Positions 19,077-28,563 of a DNA stretch of 42,802 nt are shown one piece after another. Numbering within the stretch: the stretch's first letter is position 1; each line of letters begins with the position of its first letter. The position numbers and the translations under genes were made by a program. The notes beneath the pieces are model-generated. The model made no database searches and was not told the origin of the DNA. It saw only the letters and a list, made by a program, of their open reading frames with translations. Origin of the DNA: Myxococcales bacterium (lineage in GTDB: Bacteria > Myxococcota_A > Polyangia > Polyangiales > Houyiibacteriaceae); assembly GCA_050118395.1 (NCBI GenBank), contig JASFKY010000002.1, positions 1 to 42,802 on the forward strand, read 5' to 3'.

Positions 19077-20234
19077 ATGTACCTCAACAAGCGCGGCCTC
19101 CGCGAAATCAGAGACGTCCTTTTCAAGCAGCCGACCGTGGGCCGACTGGTGACGACTGCCTGGGTGGCGCCGATCTACCTCGCGCTTCGTCAGGGCACGG
19201 TTGCCTTTCGAGCGCTCGATGAAGTCGTATGCCCCGAGTACCGAAAGCAAGAGGTGAACCGGCCGGTCTTCGTGTTCGCCAATCCACGTAGCGGAACCAC
19301 CCTCACCCACCGCCTGCTCAGCCTCGATGACGAGGTCTTCACGACCGTGAAGCTCTATCAGACGATTTTTCCCTCCGTCACCGCCACACGAACCTTCAAG
19401 CGCCTGATTGAGCTCTCCAAGGGTCCGGCCGGGTCTCTTCTGAACCGGGCCTACGGCTTGCTCAACGGCCCGCTCGAAAGCCGGTGGCAGGACGTCCATG
19501 CGCTGAGTCTCGACCAACCCGAGGAAGACGTCTGCACGCTGCTTTGGAGCCTGACCTCGCCGGCAGCGGGTCTGCTCTTTCCTTTCATGGACGACATACC
19601 CAGCCAGACTTGGATCGACCGCCAGTCGGCCGAGGAACGCCATGCATTCATGGACTCGTACGAAAATACGATCCAACGCCATGTGTTCGAAGCCGGAGGC
19701 AAACGCTTCTTGAACAAGAACGTCTTTTTCTCCACGCGCGTACGCACGGTTCATGAACGTTTCCCCGATGCGGTGTTCGTCTATCTGGTACGCAATCCCA
19801 TCGACTGTCTTCCGTCCTTCCTGAACATGTTCTATCGAGCATGGAAGGCCCACTCTCCGGGCATTCAGCCGGACGGCGAACAGATTCAAGCGCTCAAGCG
19901 ACTCGGCTACGACTACTACCGCTATGCGCTCGAATGCCGCAAAGAGATCCCCGCAGATCAGTTCATCACCATCCGGTACGAGGACCTGGTCGCCGATCCG
20001 AAAAAGACCATTCTCGGGCTGTACGAGCGCCTGGGCATGCCGGTCAGCGCGTCTTTTCGGGCCAAGCTCGAGCGAGCTTTGATTTCGCAGCGTGATTACG
20101 AAAGCGCACGCACCGTGGAGCTCGATTTCTTCGGGATCACCCAGGCAGAAGTCCGCCAGGAGCTGCGTGAGGTGTTCGAGGAGTTCGGCTACGAGACCGG
20201 CGCCCAAGCCGACTACGCCGAGGCCGCGGAGTAG
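19077..20234 (+). CDS. PAPS-dependent sulfotransferase family protein
   Basis: 385 aa. It has a 5'-PSB loop NPRSGTTL and a 3'-PB motif VRNPIDCLPS in the expected order and spacing. A GGGGAG RBS precedes the ATG. Confidence 0.8.
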   Translation: MYLNKRGLREIRDVLFKQPTVGRLVTTAWVAPIYLALRQGTVAFRALDEVVCPEYRKQEVNRPVFVFANPRSGTTLTHRLLSLDDEVFTTVKLYQTIFPSVTATRTFKRLIELSKGPAGSLLNRAYGLLNGPLESRWQDVHALSLDQPEEDVCTLLWSLTSPAAGLLFPFMDDIPSQTWIDRQSAEERHAFMDSYENTIQRHVFEAGGKRFLNKNVFFSTRVRTVHERFPDAVFVYLVRNPIDCLPSFLNMFYRAWKAHSPGIQPDGEQIQALKRLGYDYYRYALECRKEIPADQFITIRYEDLVADPKKTILGLYERLGMPVSASFRAKLERALISQRDYESARTVELDFFGITQAEVRQELREVFEEFGYETGAQADYAEAAE

Positions 20235-20318
20235 AACCAGCCCGTCCTCGAGCGATTTTTTCAAGCGGGTCGCACCTGCCCGGCTGCGTTGTAAAGTGAC
20301 GTCCTTCAAGGAGGTCTC

Positions 20319-21539
20319 ATGACGACCGAAGCGAAACGATTCGAGTTCGCGGGAAGCGAGGGGCACGCTTTGTCGGCCCGAATCGACCTGCCAGCTGCGG
20401 AGCCCACGGCATGGGCGGTGTTCGCCCATTGCTTCACCTGCTCCAAAGACAGCCGAGCGGCCCGCTTCATCGGTGCTGCGCTCGCCGCGCGAGGGATTGC
20501 GACACTGCGGTTCGACTTCACCGGTCTCGGAGAAAGTGAAGGGGAGCTCGGAGCGACGACCTTTTCCCACAACGTCGGTGACATCGTCGCAGCGGCCGAT
20601 GCGCTCAGACAAAGCTACCGGGCCCCCGCTTTGCTCGTCGGGCACAGCCTGGGAGGTACCGCAGTCCTCGCCGCAGCGGCAAGGATCCCCGAAGTCCGAG
20701 GCGTCGCCACGATCGGAGCTCCTTTTGATCCGGAGCACGTGACGCGGCTCTTTGGGGAGTCTATGGCCGAGATCGAGTCGAGCGGGCAGGCAACCGTCGA
20801 ACTCGGAGGACGTCAATTCAAGATACGCAAGGAATTCGTCGACGACCTTCGAGACCAATGCAACGCCGAACGAATCGCAGCTCTCGACGAAGCGCTGGTC
20901 TTGTTTCACTCACCGCAGGATCAAGTCGTCGACGTAGAGAACGCACGCCTGATCTTCGAAGCGGCGGAGCAGCCCAAGAGCTTCATCGCGCTCGATGGCG
21001 CGGATCATCTCCTGGGACGGCGCAGCGACGCGCGCTACGTTGCCGACGTTCTCGCGGCATGGGCCAGTCGTTACTTGCCCGACGAGTCGGAGCGGGAGAG
21101 ACCGAACGGTCGAGCGAAGGGAGAGGTGGTGGTCGAAGGGAAGACTCGCAGCCTGCTCCAGCGCATCGAGGCCCGCGGCCACGTTTTTTCGTCCGATGAG
21201 CCCTCGGACAAGGGCGGGGCGGATCTTGGCCCCAATCCCTACGATCTTCTGCTAGCCAGCCTGGGCGCTTGCACGTCGATGACCCTCAAGATGTACGCCG
21301 ACCGCAAACGATGGCCTCTGCAATCGGTGCGGGTCACGCTACGACACGGTCGGGTGCATGCGGAAGACTGCCGCGACTGTGAGAAGACATCTGGAATGAT
21401 TGAAGTGATTGACAAAGAGCTCGAGCTCGAAGGCGATCTCAGTGAAGAGCAACGTGAACGGCTTCTCGAAATATCGAGCCGATGCCCCGTGCATCGAACG
21501 CTGATCAACGAAATCAAGATCCGGTCGGAGCTGACTTGA
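20319..21539 (+). CDS. alpha/beta hydrolase fused to an OsmC-family peroxiredoxin-like domain
   Basis: 406 aa. The N-terminal half has the GHSLGG nucleophile elbow. The C-terminal ~140 aa show the OsmC pattern (GPNPYDLLLASLGACTSMT ... CPVHRTL). A strong AAGGAGG RBS is present. Confidence 0.85.
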   Translation: MTTEAKRFEFAGSEGHALSARIDLPAAEPTAWAVFAHCFTCSKDSRAARFIGAALAARGIATLRFDFTGLGESEGELGATTFSHNVGDIVAAADALRQSYRAPALLVGHSLGGTAVLAAAARIPEVRGVATIGAPFDPEHVTRLFGESMAEIESSGQATVELGGRQFKIRKEFVDDLRDQCNAERIAALDEALVLFHSPQDQVVDVENARLIFEAAEQPKSFIALDGADHLLGRRSDARYVADVLAAWASRYLPDESERERPNGRAKGEVVVEGKTRSLLQRIEARGHVFSSDEPSDKGGADLGPNPYDLLLASLGACTSMTLKMYADRKRWPLQSVRVTLRHGRVHAEDCRDCEKTSGMIEVIDKELELEGDLSEEQRERLLEISSRCPVHRTLINEIKIRSELT

Positions 21540-23533
21540 CCACACTGGCTTCGCTCGATGACCTTTCGCTCGCGCTCGGAGGACGAAAGTTGTTCGATGG
21601 GCTCTGCCTGCAAGTGCACCAGGGCGATCACATCGGGTTGGTCGGACCCAACGGGTCGGGAAAATCGAGCCTGCTGCACCTTCTCGCTGGAACGATCGAG
21701 CCCGATGCAGGTTCGGTGCGAAAGGTGCCTGGCGTCCGAGTCGGTTTCCTTCCGCAGGAGATCGAATCCTTCCCCGATCAGAGGCTCTTCGATTTCGTGT
21801 TCGAGAGCGTCCCGGAGAGGTCGGAGCTTCGCCGAGCCCTGTCCGAAGCGTCGTCGCGCCTCCGCGAGCTCGAACGCTCCGGCACGGCCCGGCAGGAGGA
21901 TCTGGCGTCCGCAGGGAGCGAGCTGGCCACGTTGCACGAGCGAAACGGAATTGTCGATGCACGGTTCTCGGAGCACGAAGCCAAGCGCATCCTGCACGGT
22001 CTCGGGTTTTTGCAAAGCGACCACCACCGTCGACTCTCCGAGCTGAGCGGAGGCTGGAAGATGCGGGCGGTTCTCGCCTCGCTGCTCTTCCAGAAGCCCG
22101 AGCTTCTGCTTCTCGACGAGCCCACGAACCACCTAGACATGCCTTCGGTGGCCTGGTTTTCGAAGTTCTTGAGTAGCTACAGCCACTGCTTCTTTTTGGT
22201 TTCCCACGATCGGGAATTCCTCGATGAGCAGATCAACCGTGTCGTGAGCTTCGAGCCCGAGGGTATTCGCACCTATCGCGGCAACTACGAACAATACCTC
22301 GCGCAACGAGCGGATGAACGCCAAGTGCTTGAGAATCGAGCGAAAAACATCGAGCGGGAACGGGCTCACCTCGAACGGTTCGTCGAGCGGTTTCGGGCGA
22401 AAGCCAGCAAAGCTGCGCAAGTCCAGAGCCGCGTTCGAAGGCTGGAGAAGCTGGATACCATCGAGTTGCAGCGCTCGGCACGGCAAGCTTGCTTCTCTTT
22501 TCCCTCGACGGAGCGTGGTCCGAGAATTCCGATGCGTCTCGACGACCTGTCCAAGGCCTTCGGCGCGCACCCAGTGCTCGAGCACGTCTCCTTGTCGGTC
22601 GACCGTGGGGACCGTATCGCCATCGTCGGGCCGAACGGAGCGGGTAAGACCACCTTGCTGAAGATTCTCGCGGGAGAAATCGAGCCCTCGGAGGGACGCA
22701 TACATCTTCCGGGCCGGTCCGACGTTCGGTACTTCGCGCAGCACCATGCGGATGATTTGAGACTGGATCGTACCGTCCTGCAGGAAGTGAGTGATGCAAG
22801 CGATGGCACCAGCGCCGAACGTGTCCGCGCCGTGCTCGGAGCGCTGCTGTTCGACGATCTGGGCATCGACAAGCGAGTTGGAGTGCTCTCGGGAGGCGAA
22901 AAAGCACGGGTGGCTCTGGCCAAGATCCTGGTTCGTCCCGGCAACGTGTTGCTCATGGACGAGCCTACCAACCACCTCGACCTACAGACCACCGAAGCCC
23001 TGACCGACGCGCTCCAAACGTACGATGGCACCCTACTCTTCGTGAGTCACAACCGTTCGTTCATTCGCAGGCTCGCAACCAAGCTCTGGGTCGTGCACGA
23101 CCGCCAGGTCGAAGCCTACGCAGGTACGCTCGACGATTATCTGTGGTCCTGCCAGGACCGCGATGTCACACCTGCAACCGAAGCCGCCATCGAGCCGGCC
23201 GAAAGCAAGAAGGCGCGTGGGGCTCGAAAAGAGGAGCGCAGAAGGGCAGCCGAGCTTCGCGCTGAGCAGAACCGACGGCTCAAACCACTCGAGAATCGAA
23301 TCCTCGAGCTCGAGGAGACAATCGGGGCCCTGGAGCGAGCGATCGAGCAGCACAACGAGGAGCTGAGCAATCCCGAGGTGTATGATGACGCACCACGTCG
23401 CGACGCCTTGCTCCGAGAGACCCGAGACGCGCAGCAAGCTCTGCAGAGGTCGCTCGAGCAATGGACCGAGGCCCACGAGCAACTCGAGGCCGCGCGCGTC
23501 GACCTCTTCGGTCCGACGCACGAGGAATGCTGA
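21536..23533 (+). CDS. ABC-F family ATPase (two ABC domains, no transmembrane domain, C-terminal coiled coil)
   Basis: Two Walker A motifs (GPNGSGKSS, GPNGAGKTT) and two signature motifs (LSGGWKMR, LSGGEKAR), followed by a charged helical tail. The start is placed at TTG 21536, a TTGA overlap with the upstream stop. No ATG exists before the first Walker A. Confidence 0.88.
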   Translation: MTTLASLDDLSLALGGRKLFDGLCLQVHQGDHIGLVGPNGSGKSSLLHLLAGTIEPDAGSVRKVPGVRVGFLPQEIESFPDQRLFDFVFESVPERSELRRALSEASSRLRELERSGTARQEDLASAGSELATLHERNGIVDARFSEHEAKRILHGLGFLQSDHHRRLSELSGGWKMRAVLASLLFQKPELLLLDEPTNHLDMPSVAWFSKFLSSYSHCFFLVSHDREFLDEQINRVVSFEPEGIRTYRGNYEQYLAQRADERQVLENRAKNIERERAHLERFVERFRAKASKAAQVQSRVRRLEKLDTIELQRSARQACFSFPSTERGPRIPMRLDDLSKAFGAHPVLEHVSLSVDRGDRIAIVGPNGAGKTTLLKILAGEIEPSEGRIHLPGRSDVRYFAQHHADDLRLDRTVLQEVSDASDGTSAERVRAVLGALLFDDLGIDKRVGVLSGGEKARVALAKILVRPGNVLLMDEPTNHLDLQTTEALTDALQTYDGTLLFVSHNRSFIRRLATKLWVVHDRQVEAYAGTLDDYLWSCQDRDVTPATEAAIEPAESKKARGARKEERRRAAELRAEQNRRLKPLENRILELEETIGALERAIEQHNEELSNPEVYDDAPRRDALLRETRDAQQALQRSLEQWTEAHEQLEAARVDLFGPTHEEC

Positions 23534-23597
23534 CGCGCGGCGATCGAGCGCCGTCCAGGCCCTTTCCATCGTCTCGGTGCTGCGATACACGGAGCTC

Positions 23598-24638
23598 ATG
23601 GGTACGCCTGTAAAGAGGACACTCCACGAGCTGGGAAACGGGATCTTCGCGTATACGCAGCTGCCGGGTTCGTGGGGCTGGAGCAACTCGGGTCTCATCA
23701 CCGACGGGGGGGAGAGCCTGCTCGTCGACACCTTGTTCGATGAGAGGCTCACCGCCGAAATGCTGGAGGCGATGCGGCGCGCGACATCGGCGGCACAGAA
23801 CATTGGAACGGTGGTCAACACGCATGGCAATGGAGACCATTGTTACGGCAATTCGCTACTCGCCGAATCCGAGATCATCGGGACCATCGGATGCGTCGAG
23901 GATTTGCGCGAGGCGCCGGCAAGCCGCAACCTGCTCTTGATGCGCGCTGCCAAGGTGGCGCGAACGCTAGGGCGAGGCGCGCGAGCACTGGGCCGCGTGC
24001 TCGACGTCGTCGGTGTCCACAGACTGTCCATTTTGATCGAAGCAGGCGAGCTGGCTCTCCCCCTGTTCGAGGACTTCGACTTCACGTGCGACACGGTTCT
24101 ACCGAATCGAACGTTTCAGGATCAGCTGGAGATTCTCGTGGGGGACAAAAAGGTCGTGCTCATCGAGCTCGGTCCCGCGCATACGCGGGGCGACGCGGTG
24201 GTCTGGGTACCCGGCGACAAAACACTCTTCACGGGCGATATTTTGTTCAAGGATGCGCACCCCATCGTCTGGCAAGGACCGGTTTCGAACTGGATCAACG
24301 GCCTCTACCGGTTGCTCGAAATGGACATCGAGACGATCGTTCCCGGGCACGGCCCACTGAGCGACAAGTCGGCCTTGCGGGAGATTCTGCATTATCTCGA
24401 GGTGCTGAGCGGAGAGGCGCGCAAACGCTACGATGCCGGCATGCCGCCCGACGAGGCTGCGTTCGACATCCAGCTCGCGGAGTTCGATCGTTGGCTCGAC
24501 CCCGAGCGCGTGTACGTCAACGTGCACACGCTCTATCGGGACTTCAGCGGAAATGCCGCGCCGCCCGACGTCTTGGCGATGTTCGCCGGCATGGCGCGGA
24601 ATCGCAAGCGAGGGCGTGCTAAGACGACTGGCGTATGA
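23598..24638 (+). CDS. MBL-fold metallo-hydrolase
   Basis: 346 aa from ATG 23598, which has a GGAG RBS. It has the metal motif THGNGDH and downstream His/Asp ligands (GPAHTRGD, PGHG). The upstream part of track ORF 23382.. overlaps the ABC-F gene. Confidence 0.85.
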   Translation: MGTPVKRTLHELGNGIFAYTQLPGSWGWSNSGLITDGGESLLVDTLFDERLTAEMLEAMRRATSAAQNIGTVVNTHGNGDHCYGNSLLAESEIIGTIGCVEDLREAPASRNLLLMRAAKVARTLGRGARALGRVLDVVGVHRLSILIEAGELALPLFEDFDFTCDTVLPNRTFQDQLEILVGDKKVVLIELGPAHTRGDAVVWVPGDKTLFTGDILFKDAHPIVWQGPVSNWINGLYRLLEMDIETIVPGHGPLSDKSALREILHYLEVLSGEARKRYDAGMPPDEAAFDIQLAEFDRWLDPERVYVNVHTLYRDFSGNAAPPDVLAMFAGMARNRKRGRAKTTGV

Positions 24639-27424
24639 ATCGGCCGTTGCGAATCACGCTCATCACGTTTGGTACCCTCCTTCTGCTCTCGATCGTCGCG
24701 CTCGCGCTGGTTCCCATCTTGTTCGAGGACCAGATCGTCGGGCTCGTTCGCTCGAAGCTGAACGAGCAGGTCGATGCCACGATCGACTTCGAGGACGTGG
24801 ACCTCACCCTGCTCTCGACCTTCCCCAATCTCACCGTCGAGGTCTCGGCTCTCACCATCACGGGAAAGGAAAAATTCGAGGGCACCCAACTGCTTTCAGC
24901 GCGGTCCATTCGCCTCGGAATCGGTCTTTTCACCTTGATCACCGAGGACACCATCGAGATCGAATCCGTCGAGATAGAGCAACCGAAGGTCCACGTGGTG
25001 GTGACCGAGGACGGTGCTGCGAACTACGACATCCTAGCCGAAACACCCGAGCCTGCGGAGCCGTCACCGCAATCCCTCGACTTCGAGATCAAGCGCTACC
25101 AAATCGATGACGGGTCCATCCTTTACGAGCAACCAGGGACTCGACTAGCGCTGGACGGGCTGAGCCACGTCGGGCGCTTACGAGTCGCCGGCCCGGTTCA
25201 AACGCTGTCTTCGCAAACCAAGGTCGAACGGATCACCGCGAAGCTCGGCGGCATCCAGTATTTGAAAAAGGCCAAGGGCCGTCTCGATCTCGACGCAACG
25301 CTACAAAGCCAGGAGCAAAGCCTGACCATCGACGAGATCAGAATCGCGATCAACGAGCTGGCGCTCCGAGGCTCGGGCTCCGTCGGATGGAGCGGCGAAG
25401 GTCTGATGGTCGACTTGAAGGTGGCCTCGGAGCGAGGAATGCCGCTCAAGGCTTTGGTTTCGGCGGTTCCCAATGCGTACTCGGCCGATTTCGAGGGCAT
25501 GAAGGCCAGTGGAAGTTTTTCCATCGAGGCCGAGGTGGACGGGCAGCTCGGTCCGGAAGACGACGACATCCCCTCCTTTCTGGTGAAGGCACGTGTTCAA
25601 GACGGCACCGTCAAGTATCCAGACTTGCCACTCGCCATCAGCGACCTCGAGCTCGATGCGAAGGCCGATCATCCGGGGGGCAATCTCGACAAACTGATCT
25701 TGGACGTCTCGAAGTATTCGATTGCCGCCGGCCAGAGCCACGCCAACGGCCACGTCCGGGTCACCCAGCCGCTTTCACGGCCGCATGTGGACCTGGTGCT
25801 CGATGGTCGCTTCGACCTCGCCGAGATAGCCAAGGCCTACCCGATTCCCGACGTCGCGGACCTCGGGGGGGTCATCCAAGCCAACATCGACTTGAGCGCC
25901 AAGGGACAGCAGATTTCCAAGCTGACGGGCCAAATTGCGGCCAACGACGTGACCTATCGAGCTTCCGGGGTCCCCGAGGTTCGAATCTCCTCCGCGCGTG
26001 TCTCTCTCTCGCCAAAGAGCACGCGGATCGAGGAGCTTCGAGCGGAGATCGGCAGCAGCGATGTTCGCGTGCAGGGGGTGGCCTCGCCTCTCACCACGTT
26101 CCTGAGTGACGAACAAAAAATCACCGCGACCGCTTCGCTGAAGTCGAAGCGCCTGCGCGTCGAGGACCTCTTGGGAGAGCCGCAGCCCGAGCAAGCGAAG
26201 GGCTCCGGCGCTCCTTCCGCATTCGTGTTGCCCGCCGACTTGGAGGCGCGGCTCGACTTCGACGTACAAACTTTGACCTATGGCGACTTGGAGCTGCGAA
26301 ATTTCGAGGGCACGGGCCGCATCCAAGACCAGAAGCTGATCCTCGACGGAGTGCGCGCTGATGCGCTTGGGGGCTCGATGAGGCTCGATGGCACGCTGCG
26401 CACGAAACCCCAAGCGCCAGCGGAATTCGACATCGACTATTCGGTCGACAAGGCAAGCTTTGCCCAAGCGTTCGATGCCCTGCGCTCGATGCGGGCCTAT
26501 GCACCCATCGCGCGATTCTTGGGCGGTCGCTTCTCGACCGACTTGCACGCTAGCGGAACCCTCGGCAACGATTTGGAACCGAAGCTCGATTCCATCGATG
26601 CCAGAGGCTTCGTGGCCGCCGTGCAAAGCAAGCTGAGCAGTGACTTCAAGCCGCTTCGGGAGTTGAGCCAGGCGGTGCCTGCCATTCCACAGCCGCTCGA
26701 CATCGATAGCTTCAAAACGCGTTTTGCAATCCACGATGGCGCGGTCGAGGTCAAGCCTTTCACCGTTGCCGCCAAGGGCCTGACCATGGAGGTGAGCGGA
26801 CGGCATGGGCTGGACCAAGATATGAAATACCAGGTGTCCACCAAAGTGCCGATCGAAAGCTTGACCTCCAAGCTGGCCGCCCAGGTCAAGGGGCTGGGTC
26901 TCGATTTGTCGAAGGCCAAGACGGTGGGTGTGCAAGCCAATTTGACCGGCTCGATCAAGTCGCCGCACGTATCGGTCAGCGTCGACACCGGTGCTCTGCG
27001 GAGTGCCGCAGCCGATGCATTGGAAGCCAAGCTTGCAGAGGAACGGGATCGAGCCCTCCAAGAAGCCAAGGCGCAAGCGGATCGCCTGGTCAACGAAGCC
27101 GAACAACAGGCCAAGCGAATTCGCGGCGAGGCCAAGCGAGCCGCCGAAGCGTTACGAAAAGAAGGCTATTCGCGAGCCGATCAGCTCGAACGAGAGGCCA
27201 AAGGCAATCCCATCAAGGAGCTCGCCGCCAAAGAGGCAGCCAAGCGAATTCGGAGCGAGACGGACAAACGCGTCGACCAAATGATCGCCGAAGCCGACAA
27301 AAAAGCCGATCAGGCGGTGGCCGAAGCGCAAAAGCGGGCCTCGCAGCTCATCGACCAGGCACAGAGCCAGAGCGAGCAAGCCACCAAAGCCGCGGAAGGG
27401 CAGACCACGGAAAAGATTCGTTAG
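24635..27424 (+). CDS. AsmA-family outer-membrane biogenesis protein with a C-terminal charged helical extension
   Basis: 929 aa. An N-terminal signal anchor (ITLITFGTLLLLSIVALALVPIL) is followed by a long beta-rich AsmA-like region and then a 144-aa A/E/K/Q/R-rich tail. An ATGA overlap joins it to the MBL gene stop. Confidence 0.8.
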   Translation: MNRPLRITLITFGTLLLLSIVALALVPILFEDQIVGLVRSKLNEQVDATIDFEDVDLTLLSTFPNLTVEVSALTITGKEKFEGTQLLSARSIRLGIGLFTLITEDTIEIESVEIEQPKVHVVVTEDGAANYDILAETPEPAEPSPQSLDFEIKRYQIDDGSILYEQPGTRLALDGLSHVGRLRVAGPVQTLSSQTKVERITAKLGGIQYLKKAKGRLDLDATLQSQEQSLTIDEIRIAINELALRGSGSVGWSGEGLMVDLKVASERGMPLKALVSAVPNAYSADFEGMKASGSFSIEAEVDGQLGPEDDDIPSFLVKARVQDGTVKYPDLPLAISDLELDAKADHPGGNLDKLILDVSKYSIAAGQSHANGHVRVTQPLSRPHVDLVLDGRFDLAEIAKAYPIPDVADLGGVIQANIDLSAKGQQISKLTGQIAANDVTYRASGVPEVRISSARVSLSPKSTRIEELRAEIGSSDVRVQGVASPLTTFLSDEQKITATASLKSKRLRVEDLLGEPQPEQAKGSGAPSAFVLPADLEARLDFDVQTLTYGDLELRNFEGTGRIQDQKLILDGVRADALGGSMRLDGTLRTKPQAPAEFDIDYSVDKASFAQAFDALRSMRAYAPIARFLGGRFSTDLHASGTLGNDLEPKLDSIDARGFVAAVQSKLSSDFKPLRELSQAVPAIPQPLDIDSFKTRFAIHDGAVEVKPFTVAAKGLTMEVSGRHGLDQDMKYQVSTKVPIESLTSKLAAQVKGLGLDLSKAKTVGVQANLTGSIKSPHVSVSVDTGALRSAAADALEAKLAEERDRALQEAKAQADRLVNEAEQQAKRIRGEAKRAAEALRKEGYSRADQLEREAKGNPIKELAAKEAAKRIRSETDKRVDQMIAEADKKADQAVAEAQKRASQLIDQAQSQSEQATKAAEGQTTEKIR

Positions 27425-27603
27425 ACGAGCTCAGGCCTCCGGCGGGGCCACCGCTGCCGAGCTCTTCCCGCGCGCGTCTCTGGGATGCGGCCACGCATCT
27501 TCGGGAGCTTCCACGACCTGGGCTTGTCACCGGTAAAGTAGTGGAGCTCCGTGGCCGCCTCGGGGTGCTTGCCGCCGACCGCGTGGTTCTCTAAGGCTTG
27601 TCC

Positions 27604-28563
27604 ATGCACCGCTTCGTCGTTTGGCTCTTCTTCGTCCTGGCGCTCGCGCTCGGATGCCGCGCCTCGGGCGAAGGCGCTTCAGGAGAAGCGAAGCCCGCTT
27701 CTGCTGCATCGAATGGGCTCGCGCTGCCAAGCCCGGCTCAGTTTGCCGAAGATCACCCGAGCTTCGAGACGTATTGGTATCAAGGCATGGCCGAGCTCAG
27801 CCGTTACGAGCTACGGCAGGCACGCTATGGGAACGAATATCGGGGCGAGGCGGTATTGGTGTTCGTGACCGAAGACTTCTTACCCAAGTTGCAGGTCAAG
27901 CAGGAGCACGGCGATAGCCCCGACGCGATCTCGATTCTCAAGGTCAACTCCTACAGGCGGTTCTACACGGGCATCTATCCTTACACCCTGATGACTTCGT
28001 CTTACACGCCGGTCCGTCCCGCTGGATCGGCCACGTTGAAGTTGAGCGGCACGGTGCAGGAATGGTGCGGTCAAGTCTACAGTCAGATCAATCGCCGCGA
28101 CGACGGGCTTCACGCGATCCTGCACTCTTATTTTCAAGATGATGCCGATCAAAAGATGATCCTGCCCGAAGCTCCGATGGAGGACGGAATCTGGGCGCAG
28201 ATCCGCATCGACCCCTCCGCAATTCCCACCGGCGAGCAAGAGATGGTTCCAGGACTCCACTACATCAGGCTTCGCCACAAAGCCCTGCGAGCCTATCCCG
28301 TCGAAGTCATCCGAAAGCCCAGCGTCGAAACCGAGCTCCTCGATCGTCGAGTTGCCGCGCTCGAGCTTCGATACCCTGCGCTAGGCCGAACGTTGACCAT
28401 TTACTACGATCCGCAATTTCCTCACACGATCGAAGCCTGGGAAGAAAATGTAGGCCCTCACCGGACCACCGCGGTGCGCACCCACGCGATCTTGGACGAT
28501 TACTGGCATCACAACGGGCCCGACGACGCGGCGTACCGCGACGCCTTGGGTCTCCAATACTAG
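27604..28563 (+). CDS. lipoprotein of unknown function
   Basis: ATG at 27604 and a lipobox LALGC after a hydrophobic signal (MHRFVVWLFFVLALALGC). The coding signal is good (GC3, aromatic-rich globular sequence). I recognise no catalytic motif. Confidence 0.6.
   Translation: MHRFVVWLFFVLALALGCRASGEGASGEAKPASAASNGLALPSPAQFAEDHPSFETYWYQGMAELSRYELRQARYGNEYRGEAVLVFVTEDFLPKLQVKQEHGDSPDAISILKVNSYRRFYTGIYPYTLMTSSYTPVRPAGSATLKLSGTVQEWCGQVYSQINRRDDGLHAILHSYFQDDADQKMILPEAPMEDGIWAQIRIDPSAIPTGEQEMVPGLHYIRLRHKALRAYPVEVIRKPSVETELLDRRVAALELRYPALGRTLTIYYDPQFPHTIEAWEENVGPHRTTAVRTHAILDDYWHHNGPDDAAYRDALGLQY

Noticed and set aside
19026-20909. 627-aa minus-strand ORF spanning the sulfotransferase gene, the intergenic gap and the start of the hydrolase-OsmC gene.
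   Set aside because: It lies antisense to two genes with clear catalytic motifs and strong RBSs. Its translation is Arg/Gly/Pro/Asp-rich with no recognisable motif, and it reads through a region that holds the plus-strand AAGGAGG RBS. Long stop-free antisense frames are expected in GC-rich DNA.
25775-27106. 443-aa minus-strand ORF antisense to the AsmA-family gene. Analogous long antisense ORFs are 17200..18096, 21239..22132, 22133..22975, 35531..36451 and 38422..39672.
   Set aside because: Each lies opposite a gene with unambiguous family motifs (IlvD, ABC-F, TolC-like, CzcA). Their translations are low-complexity and R/G/A/D-rich, with no signal or domain pattern.
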